The translations under genes and the position numbers were made by a program. A DNA stretch of 64,000 bases from Fluviicola sp. (GTDB lineage Bacteria; Bacteroidota; Bacteroidia; Flavobacteriales_D; Crocinitomicaceae). The stretch covers positions 2,863,228 to 2,927,227 of the forward strand of contig CP121319.1 of the NCBI GenBank assembly GCA_043584915.1, read 5' to 3'. This document shows, one piece after another, positions 9,099 through 18,550 of this stretch (positions are counted from its first letter, which is position 1; each line of letters starts with the position of its first letter). The notes under the pieces are model-generated. The model ran no database searches. It was not told where the DNA came from and saw only the letters and a program-made list of their open reading frames with translations.

Positions 9099-10586
9099 TT
9101 ACCACTCCACATACATCATCTCCTTGTGCCAAGGCAGTTGAAGCATGCTAATAGCCCATGGGAGTTTGTCCAGAAGGATGTCTACTCCGCCACGTTCTAC
9201 TACGATGCGTGGAGTTGTATCTTTTAAAATCAATTTCCCCTGTCGCTGCAAAAACTCTTTTCGCAACAATGGAATGGATTGACTTTTCAGTGCTTTCCAG
9301 TGCCCCAGAACTGCCATAAGCAATTTGTGACACTCGTCTTTAATTTCATCGGTTAACGGTACCGATTTCGGTAATGGTTCATCTAGCGACAGTCCGCAAA
9401 GAAATGCTTCGAAAACAAGTGCGAATTCGAAATCTTCTTCTTCTCCAGTGGCGAGAAAATGAAAAATATGCGCCGCCAGAACAGGGTCAACGAGCGTACC
9501 ATCTTCCTCAAGTAGGTTGAGCTTTGTAAAGAATGATTTAATGAAAGGATTCAAGAGAACCAGTCCAGCATTTTCAGTAATAATACCATTCAGCTTTTCG
9601 TCGGGTTTTTCCGCTAACTCTTTTGTTTCTTCTGTTTGAGGAATTGCTTCTTCGTTCTTGGATGTGTCGTGGGATTCAGCTTCTAGCGCTTTTACAAAAT
9701 TCGGCGCCTCCTCAATGATTCTTGCTTGAATTTTGAGAGGTAATTTTTGTGCTTTTTCATCCAAGGCTTTCATCCATTCTTTTTTGATGATTGCCTCTGG
9801 TTCATGCTGCAAAACAGAACGTATCACAAGATTGACAAAGAACATTTTTTCCGAAGGCTTCAACTGTTTGAGAATAGCTTCTAAAGCAGTTGATGCAACA
9901 ATTCGGGCAATTTCTTCAAAAGTTGGTTGCTTCAAAGTCACCGCCTTTTTCAAAATCAGAAGTATGACTTCGTCTGAAAACTGCCGAACGAATCTGCGGC
10001 GCACTACGGGGTTTCTCATCAGCTTCATCAAAGAAGGAACAAACGCCAATTGTGGATGGCTAACAATTTGCTGTAACGCCGGAACGGTTAACAGTTTGCG
10101 CATTTCCGCATGTGTTGGAATCCACCAGGGTAAAAGGCCTGTTTCCATAAAGTACAACACCGATTTTTGATGTCGTACCTCCGGACGCATGACCGAGATT
10201 TTCTCGCGCTCAGTGCTAGAAATATTTTGTGCTTCCGAAGTCACTGGGCTTATTGTAGCGTTGCTTGATTCTTGCGTTTTCTTCGCTTCCATATTCCTGA
10301 GAATTGGATCGAAAATTGCATCAAGTTGTTGTTCTGCTTTTTCTTTGATTTCGACTTCTCCTAAGATGGTTTCATCCAGTTCGAGATTGAGGTTTATTTT
10401 TTCCAGTTGAATGGTCCAACCTTTGGTTTGCGTTTCAATCCGAGCGATATACTCTTCGACTACGGTGAATACATATTTTTCAAGGAATGACTGAGAATTC
10501 AATCGGATATCATGCGCCTTCGCAGAGGTGTTGGTATTTACCTCCACGAAGACTTTTTGTATGATATGATTTTGTTCTGTTCGCAT
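9099..10586 (-). CDS. Putative tape-measure protein (Afp14-like, 495 aa)
   Basis: Sits between the fibre/baseplate genes and the ATPase. Largely helical, with a conserved-looking C-terminus (...LPWAISMLQLPWHKEMMYVEW). Confidence 0.45.
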   Translation of the reverse strand: MRTEQNHIIQKVFVEVNTNTSAKAHDIRLNSQSFLEKYVFTVVEEYIARIETQTKGWTIQLEKINLNLELDETILGEVEIKEKAEQQLDAIFDPILRNMEAKKTQESSNATISPVTSEAQNISSTEREKISVMRPEVRHQKSVLYFMETGLLPWWIPTHAEMRKLLTVPALQQIVSHPQLAFVPSLMKLMRNPVVRRRFVRQFSDEVILLILKKAVTLKQPTFEEIARIVASTALEAILKQLKPSEKMFFVNLVIRSVLQHEPEAIIKKEWMKALDEKAQKLPLKIQARIIEEAPNFVKALEAESHDTSKNEEAIPQTEETKELAEKPDEKLNGIITENAGLVLLNPFIKSFFTKLNLLEEDGTLVDPVLAAHIFHFLATGEEEDFEFALVFEAFLCGLSLDEPLPKSVPLTDEIKDECHKLLMAVLGHWKALKSQSIPLLRKEFLQRQGKLILKDTTPRIVVERGGVDILLDKLPWAISMLQLPWHKEMMYVEW

Positions 10587-10634
10587 TTATTTTTAATCCG
10601 ATTAACTCAATTTCGACTTATGACTATTCTAAGA

Positions 10635-13600
10635 TCAATTTGTCTCAGCAGGAGGTTCCTCCGAACCAATTGTTCCACCCGAATCATCTTTCGATGTTTC
10701 ATCTTGAGGAGTACCTTCATCTGCCGTTAACACATTCACTTCATATCGAAAGGCTTTTGTAGTGGGTTGACATGGTGAGCCTTCCGGTGGGAATACGGTA
10801 AGTAAAATCGTGATGGTTGTTGGTCTGTCAAAGCCAAATTCTTGGGTGCTCACTTGATTTAACACACCGCTCAGAACTCCTGTTATTGGCGGTGGACTCA
10901 CAAGAGATACATCCGTATTGCCTAGAGGGTGAAAGCTCCATGTTGCATTTTCAGACCCTTCGAATTTCGCCATGAGATCCACTGTTTTATTACCATCTCC
11001 TTGCTTTACGTAGGTGACGCTTGGATCGTCGTTTATAGTTGGTGGTTGAATCACCTGAACTGTTGCGAATTCTGTTCCATCTAAGAACAAGGTGTGTTGA
11101 CCAACGCCAGCGGTTCCTGGTGCGAATTTATAATCTGCAGTTACACCTGCGCCAGTTACATTTGGACTAGAGTCAGCAGGCACTATGGTAAGTGGGTATT
11201 CAGGTTCATCCAAACAGAATACATTTTTGTCGATACTTACTGTCACTGCTGAGAAACTAATATTTGCTTCCGCGACGGCATTACACGATCCATTCGCGGG
11301 AGATACAGTTAATCGAATTACTGCAGCATCATTTGGAAGGGGTAGGTTGTAATTATGAGAAACGGAAGCTCCAGCTGGTGCAGTAAATGACGTTAATGTG
11401 CCATCTCCAAAATCCCAAGTTATCGTATCTCCATCTTCGTAGCCCGATGCATAGAATGTGAAGTTAGTGTTTGATGTTGGTACACCTTCTTCTACAGCCG
11501 GCAATATGGATGAAATGGACACTGCGCGCGGCTCAACAATAGTAAGCGTAGCACTCGTGTATTGTCCATTAACAGTCAATTCTAAAGGTGAATTAAAATT
11601 GACAGGGTCAAATGCATCAGGGGTAATTGTTATGACATTGCCATCGATACTTACACCTGGAATTGGATTTAAGAAGGCTACTGGAGCACCGGTTGGTGTT
11701 ACAATCATGTCAATTGTTACTGGTTCAGTGCTAGTCGTGTCGATACATACAACAGAACTAGATAGCACCAATGAAACCACATTTTTCGGAACAATAAAGT
11801 TCACAGGACGACAATCGGAACAGCACAAATAGGGAAGTGCGAAATCTGCAATAACAGTTCCATCCTGAACCGCTCCCGTCCCTGTCTCGTTAAAAGCGTA
11901 GGCCATGATAAATGTTCCGCCGTTGGGAACGCCAGCCATGTGCTCGATACCCGGATGATCTTGTGCAAATCGAGAAAGCTCCAGATTCGTCAGAATTTCT
12001 AATTTTCGGGCATCAATTTGATCAAGGATTGATTCAAGTTTGTCACCAGCGCAGCACAATGATGCCATGTTTCCTGATAACAATTCACTTAATGCATAGA
12101 GATCATTATTTACACTTGTGTTTTGCGTCGCACGTAATGTTTCATAAGATGACTGATATTGACGTACATACGAACACAAACGCTCTACTTCAGATTGATA
12201 ATTCGTGATTAAGGCCGGCGTGAGTGAAGGCAAATCTACTGGCATCATCAAAGAAGCAGCATATGCCGAACTAAGAATTTTCGCTGGCATGTAAAGATGC
12301 GCCTCTGTTATATCGTCGTTCCAACCTTGCAAATCACCACCAACCAAATTATCGATTTGGAATTTCATGGCTTGATAGGTTGTTTCCGAATCTGTGCCGA
12401 GGTATCCTTGGAAAGCATTAAGAACGATGGATCCTAGTCCATCATTCTCAGCATAAAGGTTTTTGATGATTGGATTGTCAAAATCTACCAGATCGCCTGC
12501 TCCTGCAAGTCCTAATTGAACTTGCAGCTCCATAGCTGCTACACCCAGGTTCACTTGAGGTGCTGATTCAGTAGTGGAAGAATTCGACGCTGCAGTGCTC
12601 GAACTACTTGGGGAGGTTTCCGCAGATCGATTCGCGTAGTATTGTGTCTCTGTGGATGATTGTGTCGTAGTTGAAGATCTACTCGCGTAGTAAACTGGTG
12701 TTTCTGATGAACTGGAGCTTGCAGTGCCAGAAGTAGTGCCGCTTGTTTCGGATGTTTGATCATTACGAACAACGTCAGCAAGTAAGGTTAAATCGGGAGC
12801 CACAGTGAAAATACTTTGTCGCCCCATTAAGCTCGTAGTATTATTGTTAAATCCTTCTTGCACCGGATCAATGCTGTATCCAGACAATAGGGAAGAAGCA
12901 AATTCAAAGAGACAATTCTGCATATCGATACAACTTTCAAGTTGGCCTTGTAAATCGACAAAATCGCACGTGTAGTCATCAATATTAATGGATTGAGCTG
13001 CATCTACAGAAATTCCTAGAACTTTTGTGTCAAAACCAAGAGCATATTGGTCGCGAATTTGATTCACACGTTCAAGAGCGTCTTGATACAACAATCCTTG
13101 ATGCCCTTCAATTCGGAAGAAATTAAAATTTTCCAGGTTGTATTCCAATGGTCTAATCACAAGTGGATTGGAACTTTCGTTGGCTTGATTGTAGCCGAGA
13201 ATTTCATCGTATCGACGTAGGGTTCTTCGGTTAAAATCCCAAAATCGTACAAAACGAGACTTACTATTTGCATCGTACTGTGGATCATAATAGAATGGAA
13301 TTGCTCTTTTGCCTAGCGCTTCGCGAAGATTGGAAGGTGTAATCTGTATATCATCTGAACTTGAGCCAGTGAAAGCACTAAAATTTTCAACCATTAAGAG
13401 CATTCGTTCAAGCACCGCAATTAAATGCTGACGTGCACTGTAGTGATTTGTCAAAATAGGAGAAGGGTAGAAACGATGTCGGTTAGGATTGTCTTCTTGC
13501 TGAATTTCTTCCGTAGGCAGCTCCTCAAGGGTCCCAACTTTATCCAGGGTTCCTAACAATAAGTGTTTTGGGAAGGGATAGATATCCGGACAGCAATTAG

Positions 13601-14582
13601 GATAGTGTTCAATGAACAAGCATCGTAGTTCATTAAATGAGTCCACTAAATCTTTAAATAGGTCATATCTGTATTGGAAAAGTGAATTGTTTAGAGTGGT
13701 CAGATTTAATGCATTATTGATACCATCCAATAAGTTTGTTTGACTGCCATATTCTACTTTGGTACAAATGGTATTCACTCCATTGATGAGATTTGACAAC
13801 ATATTGTTACCAAAAGAATCAGTGCCCAAAACTGCCGTTTCGTATTGATTTGCTAACTCATTCAGATTGTCAGCATTGTTGTCTGTTACAATTACTCTAG
13901 GCACTCCAACGGGGAGTAAACTCAAATAATCTTGAGCGATATCGTTGGCGTTGAAAAGATAATCGTGTTTGTTTACGGTATCAATATCGATATCGTTTAC
14001 AAGCAATACTCTTAAAACACGCACTTGTTCAACCCCCTGGCTGTCGCAAGAAATAGCGGTACAAGCACCTGCTTCTTTTGAATAACAATCCAAATAAATG
14101 AGCAAAGTGCGATCTGCAAAAATATTGTCATTTTCAATGGGTGTTCCTGATGAAGACTCAGGCAAAAGTTCAATTAGTGGGATTTGCCCAGCGCCTGAAT
14201 CGTATTGAAACTGCTCGTATCCTGCATTACTATCTGTAAAAGTTCGGTATTTACTCAGTTTGAGATAATCAATTGTTTTTGACAATCCAGTGAAAGCCGA
14301 ATGATCTACGAGGCTGTTCTCACCAACAGAATCGAAGAGAAAATGTACCAAATCGCCGTCTGTTGTAATTCCAGACCCTTGACTAATTGCAAGCGTGTTC
14401 GTTCCTGTAATGAAAGTTGGTTTGAATCCGCAAACAATTCCTACGCCACTGAGGCAAATTCGGGAAAGACGGTCCTGATCTTCAAAATAATCGATCACCT
14501 CATTGAGGTCGGTATGCGTGAGCAATTGGTCTTTGGCAAACGCATGGTACGTCGGTGTTATCGTCGTTAATTTCTTTGACAT
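10635..14582 (-). CDS. Large eCIS baseplate-distal / fibre-like protein with C-terminal PKD/Ig-like domains (1,315 aa)
   Basis: PKD signature TWDFGDGT (about 11398-11425), a Ser/Thr-rich linker (about 12560-12780), and a position after the baseplate genes. Confidence 0.55.
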   Translation of the reverse strand: MSKKLTTITPTYHAFAKDQLLTHTDLNEVIDYFEDQDRLSRICLSGVGIVCGFKPTFITGTNTLAISQGSGITTDGDLVHFLFDSVGENSLVDHSAFTGLSKTIDYLKLSKYRTFTDSNAGYEQFQYDSGAGQIPLIELLPESSSGTPIENDNIFADRTLLIYLDCYSKEAGACTAISCDSQGVEQVRVLRVLLVNDIDIDTVNKHDYLFNANDIAQDYLSLLPVGVPRVIVTDNNADNLNELANQYETAVLGTDSFGNNMLSNLINGVNTICTKVEYGSQTNLLDGINNALNLTTLNNSLFQYRYDLFKDLVDSFNELRCLFIEHYPNCCPDIYPFPKHLLLGTLDKVGTLEELPTEEIQQEDNPNRHRFYPSPILTNHYSARQHLIAVLERMLLMVENFSAFTGSSSDDIQITPSNLREALGKRAIPFYYDPQYDANSKSRFVRFWDFNRRTLRRYDEILGYNQANESSNPLVIRPLEYNLENFNFFRIEGHQGLLYQDALERVNQIRDQYALGFDTKVLGISVDAAQSINIDDYTCDFVDLQGQLESCIDMQNCLFEFASSLLSGYSIDPVQEGFNNNTTSLMGRQSIFTVAPDLTLLADVVRNDQTSETSGTTSGTASSSSSETPVYYASRSSTTTQSSTETQYYANRSAETSPSSSSTAASNSSTTESAPQVNLGVAAMELQVQLGLAGAGDLVDFDNPIIKNLYAENDGLGSIVLNAFQGYLGTDSETTYQAMKFQIDNLVGGDLQGWNDDITEAHLYMPAKILSSAYAASLMMPVDLPSLTPALITNYQSEVERLCSYVRQYQSSYETLRATQNTSVNNDLYALSELLSGNMASLCCAGDKLESILDQIDARKLEILTNLELSRFAQDHPGIEHMAGVPNGGTFIMAYAFNETGTGAVQDGTVIADFALPYLCCSDCRPVNFIVPKNVVSLVLSSSVVCIDTTSTEPVTIDMIVTPTGAPVAFLNPIPGVSIDGNVITITPDAFDPVNFNSPLELTVNGQYTSATLTIVEPRAVSISSILPAVEEGVPTSNTNFTFYASGYEDGDTITWDFGDGTLTSFTAPAGASVSHNYNLPLPNDAAVIRLTVSPANGSCNAVAEANISFSAVTVSIDKNVFCLDEPEYPLTIVPADSSPNVTGAGVTADYKFAPGTAGVGQHTLFLDGTEFATVQVIQPPTINDDPSVTYVKQGDGNKTVDLMAKFEGSENATWSFHPLGNTDVSLVSPPPITGVLSGVLNQVSTQEFGFDRPTTITILLTVFPPEGSPCQPTTKAFRYEVNVLTADEGTPQDETSKDDSGGTIGSEEPPAETN

Positions 14583-14603
14583 AATGTGATGGTTATAAAG
14601 TGG

Positions 14604-17276
14604 TTATATATTAGATCTTCCAAGGATAATACTGCCAGAAACGTCTGTATTGTCACAGTCGAAAAGGCGTCCTCCCGGATAAATGTTTTGAAGTGTATTA
14701 AATATTTCGAGGAATGCGTTGAGCACCTCTACTGGCACATCTCCCAATTTCTTAGCATCCAAATAGGCCTGGTATCGCGTTTGGAATTCATCCAATTGAC
14801 ACGGACCTACAAAACAAATTCTTGGGAAAATATGGGAAGGTAATTCTCGGCGAATTAAGTTGCCTAAGAAGTTCCTAAAGTCGGCATTGTCGAAGCGTTC
14901 AGCTGTTCCTGGAACGACAACACTAGCCCGAAAAGAATAGGGATCAATCCCGCATTTGTCATCGCAATCATCAATACAAATAGGAAGGAATGGATCCGCA
15001 ATGCTCGTATTCGCCGTCGCATCCTCAACTGCAGTTTCTGATGGAAGTAAGAACAAGTGTTCAACAAGGAACATGCCTTCTTCTGGAATGGGAGTAGCGT
15101 ATTTCGCAATGGATTCGGGGGTATTGAAGAAATTGATGGTATCCAGTAATCCAACCGCTGCGTCATCCAAAGTAGGAAAAACAGCAGAAATTCCAATTTG
15201 CGCCGTTCCATCCAAAATTTCAAATCCAAACTGGCCTGGAGCAAACTCTATGAATCGAACATTTTCAACTATCTGATCTACGGTAACTCCTGCCTGAATG
15301 GTTGTTTGCACTTCGTCAGTATCCATGACCTGTAAAAGGCTAACAGCAAGAAGACTTCTACTCAGGGTGATACATTTATCTTCAGAATTATTGGTACTGC
15401 TGATTAATCGCTGGTCATTGTCATCGGCAATAATCCAGGTGTAAACAGACCCTCGAAAGCCGATCCAATCAACTTCGGAAAGATCAATCAAGTCTCGACG
15501 CGAGTAGTCTTCAATTCCTGACAAGCGCGAAACGCGGTGTTGAACACCAGATACATTCTCTGTATCCCAAACATCTCCTTGACAATTGTAGCCTTTACCT
15601 CTGCGGCTGCTCAGTTGGATGTATTCTGACAAGAATAATTCTTTGGAAACAACCAGTTGTTCCTCGGCATCATTCGCGTCAAACATTTGCTTTAAGATAA
15701 ATGCATAATCGCTAAAGTTTTCGGCAAATCGAGCCAATAAATGGTTCAATATCTCATTGCGACGTGCAACGTTTTCGTCTAAGAACTCTACGAGTTTTTC
15801 AGAGAGAAGTGGATCATCTGCTTGTGGGTAGTCTTCAACAATTTCCTCAAACCCACGAACATCTTTGATTGCTTGAGTAAAGTAAGTTGGAGCATTTCCG
15901 GCGTCCATAGCAAAGAGGTCCTTAACTTTTCCTAGATGCGCGAAATAGGTTGCCAAAATTTGATCAAAAAACAAGAGATATCCTTTCAATTGTTTGGCTT
16001 GAGCGCGACGAGACGCTGGAACTGTTCCTGGTAGTCCATACAATCCGATTCCGTATGTTTCCGGGAAATCATTCATGATGGTAGTCGTTTCTCCAATGTC
16101 CAAGACATCTCCTTCTGGAATTTCTGGAAAACGATCGAGTAGTGCCAGTGCATTTAGAGCAGCTCGCTGTGCTTTAATCTTCTCAAGCGCCTCCTCTACC
16201 AACGTGATGTTGTAAACTACAGGAAGTACATCTTTTTTGTAATTGAATACACTTTCCAATTCACACGTTCCCTGTGGATCTTCTTCTTCTGGGAGCGGAG
16301 CTAAAACAGGTTTGCAGAATGGATCAAGACAGATCAGCCAATCAGAACCCGATTCTTCGCTTTCGCAACAGCACTTAATTTGAATATTGGAAATAGAAAT
16401 GATGCCATCAATGTCCATGATTAAATTGATGATATCTGAAAGACGCACTTCTGAGCGCAATCCGGCTTTTTCTAATTCTGCGGTATCAATAAACCCGTTC
16501 TCTAAAAGTGGACCTTCGAAAATTTCATCCATCCGATAGCCTTTTTCTTTCATTTCTTTGAGAGAATAGCGTCGAATATCGGAGGCGAAATACTGTTCAA
16601 TGGCATCGATAATTTGTGCGTGCACCCAATTTTCGTCTGCATCGCGTTCCAACTCCATGCTTGCACAAACCGAAATGGGTTGTTCTTTTACGGCTTTGAT
16701 TTCAACTAGGTCTTCGCAGAGGTTGCGGTTGGCGTGATATGCCGCCATAATCAGCTCATTCACGTCGGCTACGATTGCATCCTCTTCATAGTCCACTATC
16801 AGGCAATTAAGTCCTTGCAGTGCACAGGTGGTTTGTTCTAAAATTTCTGGTGGAAACGCCTCATATGCTAACATCTCGTTTACACAATCAACGTGCAAGA
16901 GTTTTTCGGCGGGAAGCATCCAACAGTTTCGAACACCTGCAATATCGATGAATAATTTTCGATAGTCCAACTCATTGACTGGGCAAGAAGGTAAAATTTC
17001 TTCTGCGCGGTAAAATTGTCGTCGCAGTTCTGGATCATCTTCAGACGCCAGAATAGTTTCGATAGGAAGGTCTAGTCGCGCTCCGAGATCGGTGATGGCA
17101 TAAGCCAACATTTCCAACATGGTAACACCAGGGTCATGGTCGTTTAAATCCGTCCACAATTCTCCGCCCATCGATTCGATATAGGCGATTCCGGTTCTTC
17201 GCAAGAAGGCAAAGTCCAGATCGTCTTCCGAAGCGACGTTCTTTGGAATTTTTTGATAAGTTTCTATTGTTGACAT
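14604..17276 (-). CDS. Baseplate protein, Afp12/Cis12-like (890 aa)
   Basis: N-terminal motif LWTDLNDHDPGVTMLEMLAYAITDLGARL is typical of eCIS baseplate wedge proteins. Overlaps the preceding gene by 13 nt. Confidence 0.6.
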   Translation of the reverse strand: MSTIETYQKIPKNVASEDDLDFAFLRRTGIAYIESMGGELWTDLNDHDPGVTMLEMLAYAITDLGARLDLPIETILASEDDPELRRQFYRAEEILPSCPVNELDYRKLFIDIAGVRNCWMLPAEKLLHVDCVNEMLAYEAFPPEILEQTTCALQGLNCLIVDYEEDAIVADVNELIMAAYHANRNLCEDLVEIKAVKEQPISVCASMELERDADENWVHAQIIDAIEQYFASDIRRYSLKEMKEKGYRMDEIFEGPLLENGFIDTAELEKAGLRSEVRLSDIINLIMDIDGIISISNIQIKCCCESEESGSDWLICLDPFCKPVLAPLPEEEDPQGTCELESVFNYKKDVLPVVYNITLVEEALEKIKAQRAALNALALLDRFPEIPEGDVLDIGETTTIMNDFPETYGIGLYGLPGTVPASRRAQAKQLKGYLLFFDQILATYFAHLGKVKDLFAMDAGNAPTYFTQAIKDVRGFEEIVEDYPQADDPLLSEKLVEFLDENVARRNEILNHLLARFAENFSDYAFILKQMFDANDAEEQLVVSKELFLSEYIQLSSRRGKGYNCQGDVWDTENVSGVQHRVSRLSGIEDYSRRDLIDLSEVDWIGFRGSVYTWIIADDNDQRLISSTNNSEDKCITLSRSLLAVSLLQVMDTDEVQTTIQAGVTVDQIVENVRFIEFAPGQFGFEILDGTAQIGISAVFPTLDDAAVGLLDTINFFNTPESIAKYATPIPEEGMFLVEHLFLLPSETAVEDATANTSIADPFLPICIDDCDDKCGIDPYSFRASVVVPGTAERFDNADFRNFLGNLIRRELPSHIFPRICFVGPCQLDEFQTRYQAYLDAKKLGDVPVEVLNAFLEIFNTLQNIYPGGRLFDCDNTDVSGSIILGRSNI

Positions 17277-18550
17277 TCTTCAGTAATAATTTCAGTGATT
17301 GGTTCGCAAGTGATGATATCTGTGCTGATGTTGTGCTGTGTGGCAGACACCATGATCGCTTTCGGCGTGGATGGCGTATACTCTTGTACTGCAGATCCTC
17401 CGTCAACGCGCATTGAAACGTCTTGTAGGTAATCCACATACGCCAACTGCTCAATGTAATTGATCAGCACACTGATGTGAAGGGTTTGTCCAAAATCGAC
17501 TTGTTCTGACTCGTCGAATGCCCATGGAGATAAAAATTTGATGATATCCTCATTGAGCTGATTGGTATAAACGGTATCGTCCAATCCCTCGCGGAACTTC
17601 ACTTTAGTGGTTATGGTTACTTCTTCATAAATCGGATTCTCCACGTGTACAGAAACATGCAAGGATGTGAGCTTTGAAACAAAGTCGTCGATGCGGTTCA
17701 AAAAGGCTGTACTAACGCGCGGCTGAAAGCGATTAAAAACATTCTTGTTTACGGTGTCAGGAATTACAATCAAACTTACATTTCCTGGTGAGGTGAATGA
17801 GCTTGGACTTGTGTGATTCAGACATTTAACTCGGAAGAGATCCGTAAATACTTGCAGTACAATGTGCTCGTAATCCCACAGGGTAATTGCTCGATTTTTA
17901 TGACGGAGTCTTTCGCTGACACGCTGGTAATATTTGGCGTCGGATTCTTCGGGTTTTCCACCGAAAGAATTGTAGGGTTGCTCCACCGATTTAATCTCAG
18001 ACGATCGTTGGAACAACTTGGTAATTGTTCCTGCTTCTAAACCACTTTTTAAGTGAGATAAATCGTTGTTATTATCGGTGAATTCTGCTGTTCCAACTTG
18101 TGAGTGAATGCCGATAATTTGACAAACGGTATCAAAAGACTTCAACATTTTTGCGCGGATCCAAAACTTTCCAGATGGAAGACGTGTATTGTCATCCGTC
18201 GCTTCTTTTGGAACTTTGAATTGAATGAGTCCCGTTTGCAAGAAATTGTCCGTTGAATTCTTGAGCAGTAGGGTAGCGTCTAGCTCTTTCCAATAATTGG
18301 AAGCCATAATTTCCCATTGCACTCCTTGATTCCCGAGGAAAGTAGGCGTTTGCTTGTTTTCGCTTCCTTCCAGAACTTGAATGAGCAGGTTTATGTTTTG
18401 AAGATTGTCGGCTCCTTCAATTCCAATGTATAATTCACCACCTCGACAATGAATTGGAACCAGGGAAACATTGTTATTGGAGATAAAGTCTAAGCGAGAA
18501 CGCAAGAATGGATGGCGTAAGGCATATCCGAAGGCATCTGAAGAATGCAT
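17264..18550 (-). CDS. Baseplate J / gp6-like protein, C-terminal part (428 aa)
   Basis: Baseplate_J-like segment (NRAITLWDYEHIVLQVFTDLFRVKCLNHT). Its reading frame is offset by one nucleotide from that of 18474-20465, which it overlaps. Confidence 0.7.
   Translation of the reverse strand: MHSSDAFGYALRHPFLRSRLDFISNNNVSLVPIHCRGGELYIGIEGADNLQNINLLIQVLEGSENKQTPTFLGNQGVQWEIMASNYWKELDATLLLKNSTDNFLQTGLIQFKVPKEATDDNTRLPSGKFWIRAKMLKSFDTVCQIIGIHSQVGTAEFTDNNNDLSHLKSGLEAGTITKLFQRSSEIKSVEQPYNSFGGKPEESDAKYYQRVSERLRHKNRAITLWDYEHIVLQVFTDLFRVKCLNHTSPSSFTSPGNVSLIVIPDTVNKNVFNRFQPRVSTAFLNRIDDFVSKLTSLHVSVHVENPIYEEVTITTKVKFREGLDDTVYTNQLNEDIIKFLSPWAFDESEQVDFGQTLHISVLINYIEQLAYVDYLQDVSMRVDGGSAVQEYTPSTPKAIMVSATQHNISTDIITCEPITEIITEECQQ

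Noticed and set aside
14586-14843. 85-aa + strand ORF and other short ORFs overlapping the baseplate genes (14864-15276, 17134-17454, 17813-18040)
   Set aside because: They are embedded antisense or out of frame in long, motif-supported eCIS genes.
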